From an uncultured Muribaculaceae bacterium (GTDB taxonomy: Bacteria; Bacillota_I; Bacilli_A; RF39; UBA660), in the NCBI GenBank assembly GCA_964560085.1, contig CAZLKF010000006.1:13398-77397 (forward strand): 64,000 nt of DNA, read 5' to 3'. Positions 55,789 to 64,000 of this stretch are shown piece after piece (within the stretch, counting starts at the first letter, position 1; each line of letters starts with the position of its first letter). The notes beneath the pieces were generated by a model. The model had not been told where the DNA came from. It saw only the letters and a list, made by a program, of their open reading frames with translations, and did no database searches. The translations under genes were made by a program, and so were the position numbers.

Positions 55789-55816
55789 TTGCTTTATTTA
55801 TTTTTTAGTGTATAAT
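55789..55816 (+). promoter_or_regulatory. Candidate ssrA promoter
   Basis: ttgctt, 16 nt, tataat with an upstream tg (gtgtataat). The -10 ends 10 nt before the mature 5' end. Confidence 0.5.
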
Positions 55817-55826
55817 TTTTATACAT

Positions 55827-56169
55827 GGGGCTGCTTTGGTTTCGACAGAAATATTAGTCTTTAGATTGCAAGTCGAAGGCACGCGTTAAGTGCAAAAAAA
55901 AATAACTGGAAACAGTAATCAATTAGCTTTCGCCTAATTAGGTTATAAGAAAGCTGCTTCTTATTAATTTTTGCTCACGAAGTTATTAAGAGGCTCGATA
56001 AAGTGAGATATATTGTAATTGAGCTTGGCAGTTGCAAAGAATTTAACAAGCTAACTAATGATTAATTTGTCAATTAGTGGATCATTAGCAAATTATTAAT
56101 TGACTAAACTTGTAGTAATTTACTGAAAGGTATTTTTGGACAGGAGTTCAATTCTCCTCAGCTCCACCA
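55827..56169 (+). ncRNA. ssrA: tmRNA (SsrA), 343 nt; tag reading frame 55908..55937 encodes (A)GNSNQLAFA
   Basis: 5' GGGGCUGCUUUGGUUUCGACAG... and 3' ...GGACAGGAGUUCAAUUCUCCUCAGCUCCACCA form the tRNA-like domain. The resume context AAAAAUAACU-GGA parallels the B. subtilis AUAUAACU-GGC. The frame ends GCU UUC GCC UAA. Confidence 0.93.
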
Positions 56170-56183
56170 AATTGTAATTTAAT

Positions 56184-56205
56184 CGTTGATTTTCAACGGT
56201 TTTTA
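56184..56205 (+). terminator. Terminator after ssrA
   Basis: Stem cgttga/tcaacg, loop ttt, then gtttttatttt. Confidence 0.55.
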
Positions 56206-56355
56206 TTTTATCTACTAATTGTGCACTTGATGTATAAATTATCAACTATACCCGGAAATTAATTTGAAATAATTTATTAGTAAAGACTACAAAATTAAAA
56301 TTAACTATTATAGATTTATTTTATGATATAATATGAAATATGAGGTGCAAAATTT

Positions 56356-57333
56356 ATGAGTAAAGTCAGATTCAGTAAGGAAAACATTTCAAAATTCTAT
56401 TGTGAGAAGAAACTAATAGAAAGCCCTTATTTTAAGGGAGATAATCCTTTAAAAATGTTGATTGCATCTGATATTCATTATCATCCACATGTTGATAAAG
56501 AACTATATGAAATCTTGGTAGCATATTGCCGCCAAATTAAGCCTGATTTTATAATTATGCCTGGGGACCAGATAGAAACTATAGATTTTATTGATGACCA
56601 AAAGGAAAAAGGATTCTTTGAAAGTATAATAAGAGATATGTCAGAAGTGGCACCTGTTATAATAATACCAGGTAATCACGAGATTGGTTTTTTTAGAAAA
56701 GAAAATTTTTTCAAAAGATTATCTGGAGAATCAAGCAATGAAAATATTAAATCATTAAAATTCTTCGAATCTTTGAATAGATTTAATAATGTTTATTTTT
56801 TAAATAATGAGCAAACATCAATAAAAGGAATGACATTTTTAGGATTTAATCCTAGACTTGCCACATATTTAAAAAAAGGCAACGAAGCAACAAATGATAT
56901 GTTTATTGAAGATTATTTAAAAAGTGGTTTAAAAATGGCAGAAGCTGATTATAATGTTTTACTAACTCATAGTCCAATTATTTTGTCAGATTCACATGTT
57001 TTAAGCAGTGTTCAAGATTTTAATTCTCTAACTGATTTAGTAGTAACAGGGCATTTACATGATGGATATTTGCCAAAAAGCTTGGACAAATATTTAGGTA
57101 ATACTGGAGCTGGTTTGTTTTTTACTCCTCTAGTAGCACCATTTCCCGGAATGATATGTAGAGGGGTACATGATTTTGGAAGGGGATATTTATTTGTATC
57201 ACAAGGTTTCAGAAAATGGACTGCAGATATGAAGTTATTTAATGCTTTCGAAAAGATAACAGCAAATGATGTAGAAGAATTATTTATAATTAATCCTAAT
57301 GCTGAAATAGCTGATAAAAATTTAAGAAGATAA
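56356..57333 (+). CDS. Calcineurin-like metallophosphoesterase
   Basis: Motifs SDIHYH, PGDQ, GNHE and GHLHDG. Confidence 0.8.
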   Translation: MSKVRFSKENISKFYCEKKLIESPYFKGDNPLKMLIASDIHYHPHVDKELYEILVAYCRQIKPDFIIMPGDQIETIDFIDDQKEKGFFESIIRDMSEVAPVIIIPGNHEIGFFRKENFFKRLSGESSNENIKSLKFFESLNRFNNVYFLNNEQTSIKGMTFLGFNPRLATYLKKGNEATNDMFIEDYLKSGLKMAEADYNVLLTHSPIILSDSHVLSSVQDFNSLTDLVVTGHLHDGYLPKSLDKYLGNTGAGLFFTPLVAPFPGMICRGVHDFGRGYLFVSQGFRKWTADMKLFNAFEKITANDVEELFIINPNAEIADKNLRR

Positions 57334-57363
57334 AGTATTATTAAACTTTTTGGAGGTTGAAAT

Positions 57364-57711
57364 ATGGATTCAAATAAAAAATTAAGAGCTTTTAGTAATG
57401 GTGAGTATGTTTTTTCGGAAACTGCTAGTGCTAATCAATTTCAGTTTTATCGAGAGGATGGGCAACCATTGGGTGAAGTTGGTAGAATGCCAATGGAAAT
57501 GTATCAACAATATATATGTACGAAAATGTTTGAAGGAACAATAACTGAAATAGTAGTAAATAACATAAGTTTTGAAAGATCTATCGATGATCGATGTATA
57601 AGATTGACAACATTTTCTTTTGGTGAAGAACAACTAGTCACTGATAATAAAGAAGATAAAGGTGTTAAAAAATTAATTAAAACATTGTTTAACAAAAAAA
57701 GAAAGAATTGA
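57364..57711 (+). CDS. Hypothetical protein
   Basis: RBS ggaggt. 115 aa. No recognised domain. Confidence 0.45.
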   Translation: MDSNKKLRAFSNGEYVFSETASANQFQFYREDGQPLGEVGRMPMEMYQQYICTKMFEGTITEIVVNNISFERSIDDRCIRLTTFSFGEEQLVTDNKEDKGVKKLIKTLFNKKRKN

Positions 57712-57714
57712 TAA

Positions 57715-59511
57715 CTATTTTTTACGTTTCTTTCTTTTTTTTGCCCAAATTTTTATAATAGAGAGTAAAATCGAAAACTCAATTAAATTCATTCCACTTA
57801 GAGCTGCAAAAATAATTTTTCTAGTCTCCGCTTTTTTTAATTCACGTAGTTGAATTAAATCTGGGATGTTCTCATATTTTGTAATTAATTCATCAATAGT
57901 TTTATCAACATCTTCAATTTCATTATAGTTTTTTAGAAAAGCATTTATTTCATTTTTAATATTAGTATATTCAATATCTTTATTTTCATTTTGCAAATAT
58001 TCTAAAACGATATTTAATTTTTCGGGAATTTCATATAATGGAGCAGCAATAGCTGGATTAGTATAATAATTATTAATTTCTTGATAATTATAAGCAATTT
58101 TATAAAGTAATTTTTCTTCTGCCGGCTTACCCATTATTTCAAAGCCATAAGGTAAAGAATCTATATATCCCATTTGAACATTCATAGACGGAAAGCCAAT
58201 TAAAGGTGAAAGAGAAGAACTAGGAGTATAAAGTTTTGTACTAGACAAATTGCTAATTTTAATTTGTTCAGTTTTTAAAGTTGGATATATAATTACATCA
58301 AGGTCGTTATTACTATAAACATTGTTTGCCCGCCTAATATTATTGTTTCTTGAAGCCAAATAACTTTTATAAGAGTTTGTCTGAGTGTAATCATGAGTAC
58401 AATAATAACCCAAATAACTAGCCAAGCCTTTTACATAGCCACCATTTTTTATAATGTCGTTATAAGTTCTAATAGGACCGGTTGTCCCTTTAACGTAATT
58501 ATTGAAATCATAGCACATAGTTGTAGAATTCCAAATGTATGGTAGATTAAACGAATTAATATAAACTATTTCAGCTCCTAAACTTTCTAGGTCTTTAACC
58601 GCCTTCATAAATAAATTGTAGATGGTTTTATCAGTTTTCCCAGTTGCTGTATATGTACTAGTTGTTTTAGTATTAATAAAAGCTTTAACGACACCTATTC
58701 TAATTCCTTCTAAAGATTCCTTTTCACTTACTTGATAAGTAGAATCAGTATCATCAATTATTTCAAAAATTATAGCGTTATCTTCAACAAAGCGAGTAAT
58801 CGGACCAACTACATCACGAGTACCTTCGAACTTTATAATTCCATTCATATTGAGAGTTCCGTATGTAGGGCGTAATCCAACTAAGTTGTTTGCACTTGAA
58901 GGAATTCTAATAGAAGATCCAGTATCAGTTCCAAGAGAAGCAACAGCAAAATTTGCAGCTGTTCCAACAGCTGAACCGCCAGATGATCCGTATGATGAAT
59001 AAGCAGTATTATAGGCATTATAAACATGACCATAACTGCTATAAGAGTTGTTTGCACTGAAAGCGAATTCGCTCATGTTAGTTTTTCCAATAACAATTGC
59101 TCCAGCATCAACTAATTTTTGTACAACTGGGGCATTAGCAATTGGATAATTATCTTTTAAAGCTTTAGTTCCTGCTGTTGTTGGTAATCCTTTAACATCG
59201 ATATTATCTTTGACTAATATTGGCAATCCGTGAATTAAACTTCGTCGCCCTGTTTTTTCATACTCTGCTTGTAACTCTTTTGCTTGATTTAAGGCTTCTT
59301 TATTAATATTCAAAATTGCATTATACTTTTTGTTATAAGCATCAATACGTTCAAGATATATATTCATTATTGTTTCATAATCAATTAAATCATTATCAAC
59401 AGCATCTTGTATTTCATATATATTCATTTTAGTTATATCAATTGGTGCCTTTGTTGTAGCTTTTAGCTCAATGGGAAAAAGAATTAATATCAAAATAAGC
59501 ATTTTTTTCAT
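57715..59511 (-). CDS. Amidase-signature (GatA-like) amidase with signal peptide and C-terminal membrane anchor
   Basis: Signal peptide MKKMLILILILFPIELKA. AS motifs GSSGGSAVG and GTDTGSSIRIPS. C-terminal TM plus KKRKKRKK. Confidence 0.82.
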   Translation of the reverse strand: MKKMLILILILFPIELKATTKAPIDITKMNIYEIQDAVDNDLIDYETIMNIYLERIDAYNKKYNAILNINKEALNQAKELQAEYEKTGRRSLIHGLPILVKDNIDVKGLPTTAGTKALKDNYPIANAPVVQKLVDAGAIVIGKTNMSEFAFSANNSYSSYGHVYNAYNTAYSSYGSSGGSAVGTAANFAVASLGTDTGSSIRIPSSANNLVGLRPTYGTLNMNGIIKFEGTRDVVGPITRFVEDNAIIFEIIDDTDSTYQVSEKESLEGIRIGVVKAFINTKTTSTYTATGKTDKTIYNLFMKAVKDLESLGAEIVYINSFNLPYIWNSTTMCYDFNNYVKGTTGPIRTYNDIIKNGGYVKGLASYLGYYCTHDYTQTNSYKSYLASRNNNIRRANNVYSNNDLDVIIYPTLKTEQIKISNLSSTKLYTPSSSLSPLIGFPSMNVQMGYIDSLPYGFEIMGKPAEEKLLYKIAYNYQEINNYYTNPAIAAPLYEIPEKLNIVLEYLQNENKDIEYTNIKNEINAFLKNYNEIEDVDKTIDELITKYENIPDLIQLRELKKAETRKIIFAALSGMNLIEFSILLSIIKIWAKKRKKRKK

Positions 59512-59636
59512 ACTACCATCTCTTTTCTATTATATTTTAACATACTTGTATATAAATAAAAACAATATGAGATATTTTGTTTATAATTGTTTAAAAAATA
59601 CTTATTTAGTTAATAATAAAGATGAAAGGAGAATTC

Positions 59637-59855
59637 ATGCAAAATTATGAGGCAGTGCCAGATATTATTAGTACTAAAGATTTAGATTATTTAGCTGATA
59701 TGTTTTCTTGGAATTATGGAGCTTTGAAAAATACTTTTAATAGTCTTAATCAAGTAAATAATTCTGAATTAAAATCAATGTTGCAAAAAGGCTTTAATTT
59801 ATTTAAAGAAAACATGGAGCAAGTATTAACTATTTTAGGAGGTAACAATGAATAA
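59637..59855 (+). CDS. Small spore-coat-associated protein (partner of the CotF-like protein), tentative
   Basis: RBS aaaggaga. 72 aa. 8-nt overlap with the CotF-like gene. Assigned mainly by context. Confidence 0.4.
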   Translation: MQNYEAVPDIISTKDLDYLADMFSWNYGALKNTFNSLNQVNNSELKSMLQKGFNLFKENMEQVLTILGGNNE

Positions 59856-60165
59856 TAATGAGATAAGTAATCCGAAGACAGAAGTAGGTAAGGGCATAAC
59901 CTTAAATGAAAAAGATTATATGAATTGTTTGCTTTCAACTTTAAAAGAGATGTCAAAAAATTATGCTGTCAGCTTAACAGAAGTTAGTAATGAAAACTTA
60001 TATCAACAATATCTTCAAACATTTATTAAAATAAGTAAGCTTCAAAGGGAAACGTATGAATTAATGTTTAAGAATGGTTGGTATAAATTAGAAAAATCTG
60101 ATGATAGCAAAGTTACTCAGAAATGCAGTATGTTAAAACAAGAATTTACTGATTTGAATTTTTAA
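59848..60165 (+). CDS. Spore coat protein F (Coat_F domain) family
   Basis: NEKDYMNCLLSTLKEMSKNYAVSLTEVSNENLYQQY...RETYELMFKNGWY matches the Coat_F helical pattern. Confidence 0.68.
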   Translation: MNNNEISNPKTEVGKGITLNEKDYMNCLLSTLKEMSKNYAVSLTEVSNENLYQQYLQTFIKISKLQRETYELMFKNGWYKLEKSDDSKVTQKCSMLKQEFTDLNF

Positions 60166-60166
60166 G

Positions 60167-60189
60167 ACCAAGATATTTTCTTGGTTTTT
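60167..60189 (+). terminator. Rho-independent terminator
   Basis: Stem accaaga/tcttggt, loop tattt, then tttt. Confidence 0.7.
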
Positions 60190-60220
60190 AAATAAATTTA
60201 TATAAATTACATTTAAAATA

Positions 60221-60229
60221 TGTTATAAT
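60221..60229 (+). promoter_or_regulatory. Extended -10 element (TGtTATAAT) upstream of tRNA-Val
   Basis: tgttataat ends 16 nt before the tRNA 5' end. Confidence 0.45.
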
Positions 60230-60245
60230 TATAGGGATAATTTGT

Positions 60246-60322
60246 GGACAATTAGCTCAGTTGGTTAGAGTGCTTGCTTCACATGCAAGAGGTCATGAGT
60301 TCAAGTCTCATATTGTCTACCA
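60246..60322 (+). tRNA. tRNA-Val (anticodon CAC), CCA encoded
   Basis: Manual cloverleaf: acceptor GGACAAT/ATTGTCT, D arm GCTC-AGTTGGTTA-GAGT, anticodon arm CTTGC-TTCACAT-GCAAG, T arm ATGAG-TTCAAGT-CTCAT, discriminator A, CCA. Confidence 0.88.
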
Positions 60323-60329
60323 TAAAAAC

Positions 60330-60352
60330 AAAGCAACTTTTGTTGCTTTTTT
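60330..60352 (+). terminator. Terminator after tRNA-Val
   Basis: Stem aaagcaac/gttgcttt, loop tttt, T-run. Confidence 0.75.
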
Positions 60353-60414
60353 AATACGTATTGAAATAATTTGCGCTTGTGTGATAAAATATAATAAATA
60401 AATAGGAGGAAAAC

Positions 60415-61032
60415 ATGAAAAAAATATTTATATTATTTATTATGACGTTATTATTATTTGGATGTTCAGATTCAAAAGAAATTGAACAGAATAACGATCA
60501 AATACCAAATGATGAAGAAATTGTATATTTAAAAGGAAAACATTACGTAGAAATGATCGTTAAAAATTATGGAACAATCAAATTGGAATTAGATGCTGAC
60601 GTCGCACCCATTACTGTTACTAATTTTATAAAATTAGTTAATGAAAAATTCTATGACGGGAAGACATTCCACCGTATCATAAAAGGATTTATGGTGCAAG
60701 GTGGATCATCTGATGGCCTAGGATATACCGGATCCGATGAAACAATCAAAGGTGAATTCTTGGCTAATGGCGTGAGAAATAGTATTTTGCATGAAAGAGG
60801 AGTTATTTCAATGGCACGAACTTCACAATCATATAATAGCGCTTCATCACAATTCTTTATTATGCACGAAAAAAATATTAATTTAGATGGTGCATATGCT
60901 GCTTTTGGCCATGTTACATCGGGAATTGAAGTTGTTGATAAATTAGCAGAAGTAAAAGTTGAAAATGAAGATGGCAAGGTTGCAGCTGAAAATCAACCTA
61001 TAATTGAATCTATCAGAGTAATAAATGAATAA
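60415..61032 (+). CDS. Cyclophilin-type peptidyl-prolyl cis-trans isomerase lipoprotein
   Basis: Lipobox LLLFGC. FHRIIKGFMVQGG, GVISMAR, SQFFI motifs. Confidence 0.9.
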   Translation: MKKIFILFIMTLLLFGCSDSKEIEQNNDQIPNDEEIVYLKGKHYVEMIVKNYGTIKLELDADVAPITVTNFIKLVNEKFYDGKTFHRIIKGFMVQGGSSDGLGYTGSDETIKGEFLANGVRNSILHERGVISMARTSQSYNSASSQFFIMHEKNINLDGAYAAFGHVTSGIEVVDKLAEVKVENEDGKVAAENQPIIESIRVINE

Positions 61033-61546
61033 AAAAGAAATGCGTGAATATTATAAAGATATTCGCCGCAATATATTAGAAAAGAAACATCGTGATCAAG
61101 AAATTTTTAAATTATTACTTACAAATAAATTTATAGGAAAATCTTCGTTAATTCTAACATATGTTTCCTTGGAAGATGAAGTTGATACTTTAGAATTTAT
61201 TAATGAAATGTTGAGAACAAAGAAAGTTGCAGTTCCTAAAATAGTTGAAAATGAAATGAAATTTTATATTATAAGATCTTTAAAAGATTTACGTGAAGGA
61301 ATTTTTAAGGTAATGGAACCAACAACGAATGAAGAAGTAGTTGACTTCAACAATAGTGTTTGTATTGTTCCGGGAATTTGTTTTGATCAATATAATAATC
61401 GTTTAGGTTATGGGAAAGGTTATTATGATAGATTTTTAGCTAATTACCAAGGTTATACAATTGGTATATGCTATGATGAATGCTTTATATCAAAAGTTGT
61501 AACTGATGCACATGATGTTCAATTACAAAAAATAATTCATAAATAA
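61025..61546 (+). CDS. 5-formyltetrahydrofolate cyclo-ligase
   Basis: 173 aa. C-terminal GYGKGYYDR motif and ...DAHD... Confidence 0.82.
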   Translation: MNKKEMREYYKDIRRNILEKKHRDQEIFKLLLTNKFIGKSSLILTYVSLEDEVDTLEFINEMLRTKKVAVPKIVENEMKFYIIRSLKDLREGIFKVMEPTTNEEVVDFNNSVCIVPGICFDQYNNRLGYGKGYYDRFLANYQGYTIGICYDECFISKVVTDAHDVQLQKIIHK

Positions 61547-61570
61547 AAAGGCTTTTTAAAAAGCCTTTTT
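61545..61570. terminator. Bidirectional terminator between convergent genes
   Basis: Palindrome aaaaaggcttttt/aaaaagccttttt. Confidence 0.75.
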
Positions 61571-61997
61571 AAATGCAAACAAAAGTGTCGTTTAAGCACC
61601 TTAATGAGCAAACACAATTTAAATTCATTGTAAAGAAACTATTAGTTGCTACATAAGGATATCCATCTGTTTCATCTGTATTTGGTGCTAATACTCTAAA
61701 TGTTGCGCAACAGCCATCAATTTTTTCAACTCTAAATACATTTGAAGTAGTAGTAATACTTGGATCTTTGCTAACTGGCATGCTCCATGCTACACCATTT
61801 CCACAACATGTATATAACATCACTGGTCGCGTGTTACAATTAACGGAAGTTGTTGAGCAACCAAGAAACCCTCTATCACATGTATCTAAGCAATTTTCTG
61901 AACAGTTTGCATTTTGTTGTAATATGCAAATTACTGTTAATATTTCATTTATGCATTGGCATTCATTATCATTATTATTATTGCACATATAATCCAC
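61569..61997 (-). CDS. Cys-rich spore coat/crust protein of the CotZ/CotY family
   Basis: NVFRVEKIDGCCATFRVL and MNLNCVCSLRCLND align with B. subtilis CotZ TVFFRVERVHGSCATLSLL and VDLDCFCAINCLNP as I remember them. 17 Cys in 142 aa. Confidence 0.75.
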   Translation of the reverse strand: MDYMCNNNNDNECQCINEILTVICILQQNANCSENCLDTCDRGFLGCSTTSVNCNTRPVMLYTCCGNGVAWSMPVSKDPSITTTSNVFRVEKIDGCCATFRVLAPNTDETDGYPYVATNSFFTMNLNCVCSLRCLNDTFVCI

Positions 61998-62126
61998 CCC
62001 TTCTTTATTTCACTAATAGCATATTCGAACTATTTAATATGGTGTGAATAAAAAACCTATTTGTAAAATTTTTTGCGCTTTTATTCAAAAGATTAATAAT
62101 CAATGATATAATTATTATGGTGAATT

Positions 62127-63857
62127 ATGAAGAATATAAAAAGAATCTTATCTTATTTAAAAAAATATAAATTATGGGCCTTTTTAGCGCCAACTTTAAT
62201 TATTTTGGAAGTTATTATGGAACTGATGTTACCAAACATTATGTCGGATATTATTAATATTGGTATTGAAAATGGCGATATTAAATATGTCGTTATAAAT
62301 GTCATTATAATGTTTTTATTAACAATTATAGGAGTAATTGGTGGTTTAGGAAGTTCTTTTTTTGCAGCAAAGACAAGTGAGAGTGTAGCTTGCGATTTAA
62401 GAAATGATGTTTTTTCAAAGATAAGCCGACTTTCATTTTTAAATTTAGAAAAGTTAAAACCAGGTCATCTTTTAACAATATTAACTAATGACATTAATAC
62501 AATTGGAAATTTAATAATGGTAGGCTTAAGACTTTTATTTAGAGTTCCTGTAATTTTTATTGGTAGTTTAATAATGGCTTTATTTATAAGCGTGAAATTA
62601 ACAATAATTTTAGTGGTGTTAATTCCTATTGTTTTTATTCTTATCTTCTTGATATTAAGAAAAGCTTTTCCTTATTTTAATAAAATGCAAGATTGTGTTG
62701 ATGAAGTAAATTCTACTGTTAGAGAAAATGTTGGTGGTATACGTGTCGTTAAATCTTTTACTATGGAAAAAAAGGAAATTTCAAGATTTGATAATGTTAA
62801 TAAAAAACTTTTAAATACTACTTTAAAAGGTGTAAAATTAATAACAATTTCAATGCCAATTATGATGTTTTCTATCAATGTTGCAACTTTACTTATTCTT
62901 TGGTTTGGTGGCAATTATTTTGTTTCAGGATCGTTACTGATTGGTGATATTGTTGCTTTTGTTCAATATACTTCTAATATATTGTCTTCACTTTTAATGG
63001 CATCAATGGTTATTATGATGTCTTCTAGAAGTGTTGTAAGTGCTGAACGCATATTTGAGACTTTAGATGCCGAAGAGGACTTTAAAGATAAAGAAGTACC
63101 TTTAAATCTTGAAGAATTGAAAGGTAAAGTTGAATTTAGAAATGTGACTTTTGCTTATGCTGGCGGTTCAGGCGATGCAGTTTTAAAGAACATTAATTTT
63201 GTTGTTAACCCTAACGAAACAATTGCTATTATTGGAGCTATTGGGAGTGGAAAAACGTCTTTAGTTAATCTAATACCAAGATTTTATGATACAACAAGTG
63301 GCGAAGTATTGATTGATGATATTGATGTTAAGGATTATAAATTAGAATTTTTGCGCAGATCAATTGCTTTTTCATTTCAACAGACATTTATTTTTTCAAA
63401 AACAATAAAAGAAAATATTGCATATGGTAATCCTAATGCAACATTAGAAGAAGTCAAGAATGCAGCTTCTATTAGTGCTGCAAGCGATTTTATAGACAAA
63501 AAAGATAAAAAATATGATCATGTTTTAGAACAACGAGGGGTAAATTTAAGTGGTGGGCAAAAGCAAAGAATATCGATTGCGCGATCAATATTAATAAATC
63601 CTAAAATATTAATTCTTGATGATTCGACTAGTGCAGTTGATGTTAAAACAGATAAACAGATAAAAAAAGCTTTAAACGAAAATAAAAAATGTACGACTTT
63701 TCTAGTAACAAGTCGCATTTCATCAGCAATTGATGCTGATAAAGTTATTGTTTTAGATGATGGGAATATCGTTGGTTTTGACACTCCTGAAAAGCTATTA
63801 AAAAGTAATAAATATTATCAAGATATTTATTATTCACAATTAAAGGAGGCCAAATAA
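62127..63857 (+). CDS. ABC exporter, fused permease/ATPase (MsbA/multidrug type), first of a pair
   Basis: Six TMs. Walker A GAIGSGKTS, signature LSGGQKQR, Walker B ILILDDSTS. Confidence 0.9.
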   Translation: MKNIKRILSYLKKYKLWAFLAPTLIILEVIMELMLPNIMSDIINIGIENGDIKYVVINVIIMFLLTIIGVIGGLGSSFFAAKTSESVACDLRNDVFSKISRLSFLNLEKLKPGHLLTILTNDINTIGNLIMVGLRLLFRVPVIFIGSLIMALFISVKLTIILVVLIPIVFILIFLILRKAFPYFNKMQDCVDEVNSTVRENVGGIRVVKSFTMEKKEISRFDNVNKKLLNTTLKGVKLITISMPIMMFSINVATLLILWFGGNYFVSGSLLIGDIVAFVQYTSNILSSLLMASMVIMMSSRSVVSAERIFETLDAEEDFKDKEVPLNLEELKGKVEFRNVTFAYAGGSGDAVLKNINFVVNPNETIAIIGAIGSGKTSLVNLIPRFYDTTSGEVLIDDIDVKDYKLEFLRRSIAFSFQQTFIFSKTIKENIAYGNPNATLEEVKNAASISAASDFIDKKDKKYDHVLEQRGVNLSGGQKQRISIARSILINPKILILDDSTSAVDVKTDKQIKKALNENKKCTTFLVTSRISSAIDADKVIVLDDGNIVGFDTPEKLLKSNKYYQDIYYSQLKEAK

Positions 63858-64000
63858 TGGAAGAAAAGCCACAAAAAATAGATACTAAAAAAACATTGTT
63901 GCGTTTATGGAAATTTTTAGGTGAATTTAAAGGAAAGATTATAGTTGTTGTTGTATTTAATATTGTAGCAACTTTGTCTTCAGTCATAGGACCTTTGTTT
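63857..64000 (+). CDS. Second ABC exporter subunit, 5' fragment (runs off the window)
   Basis: The ATG overlaps the upstream TAA. LLRLWKFLGEFKGKIIVVVVFNIVATLSSVIGPLF is a typical first TM of the ABC exporter family. Confidence 0.7.
   Translation, partial: MEEKPQKIDTKKTLLRLWKFLGEFKGKIIVVVVFNIVATLSSVIGPLF

Noticed and set aside
56170-56355. Remnant of an integrated element at the ssrA 3' end
   Set aside because: There is no duplicated ssrA 3' segment, integrase or compositional change. The sequence reads as terminator plus promoter region for the next gene.
61768-62047. Plus-strand ORFs (74 and 65 aa) opposite or adjacent to the CotZ-like gene
   Set aside because: They are antisense to a gene with clear CotZ/CotY motifs, and they have no RBS.
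1-64000. CRISPR arrays, rRNA genes, complete IS elements
   Set aside because: I saw no regularly spaced direct repeats, rRNA signatures or transposase catalytic domains. The only repeats are the LysM-coding tandem repeats, the paralogue C-termini and short intragenic codon repeats (for example DENGN x2 at about 31510-31550 and IIDSS x2 at about 32600-32630).

Overview
AT-rich (about 30% GC by eye) chromosomal segment from an endospore-forming Firmicute. Supporting genes are the rpsT-gpr-spoIIP-yqxA-like order, cwlJ, a FtsW/SpoVE-family gene, a SpoVD-like PBP, and CotF-like and CotZ/CotY-like coat genes. The left 9.7 kb and right 27 kb are ordinary housekeeping: htrA-like protease, a DUF1538/P-II pair, a LysM amidase, cysK-like, rmuC, rnr-smpB, rpsT, nfo, rpmG, efp, rluB, tmRNA, tRNA-Val, a cyclophilin and ABC exporters. 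The middle ~27 kb (9.8-36.5 kb) is an entirely plus-strand accessory block. Its right 16.5 kb (20.0-36.5 kb) is the notable part. A Tad/Flp-type pilus module (CpaB-like, CpaF-type ATPase, TadB/TadC-like platform proteins, several atypical pilin-like proteins) runs directly into a minimal Gram-positive type IV secretion module. That module has a VirB6/TrbL-like protein, a PrgI/VirB3-like protein, a VirB4 split into two ORFs, a large wall hydrolase, a lipoprotein and a VirD4 coupling ATPase. I found no relaxase, integrase, replication gene, flanking tRNA or att-like repeat for this block. Two diverged paralogues with a VirB2/TrbC-like two-helix C-terminal domain bracket rnr-smpB just downstream. 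All family assignments rest on motifs and architectures recognised by eye; no database search was possible. Many ORF-track starts were moved to the first start codon preceded by a GGAGG/GGTGA-type RBS.
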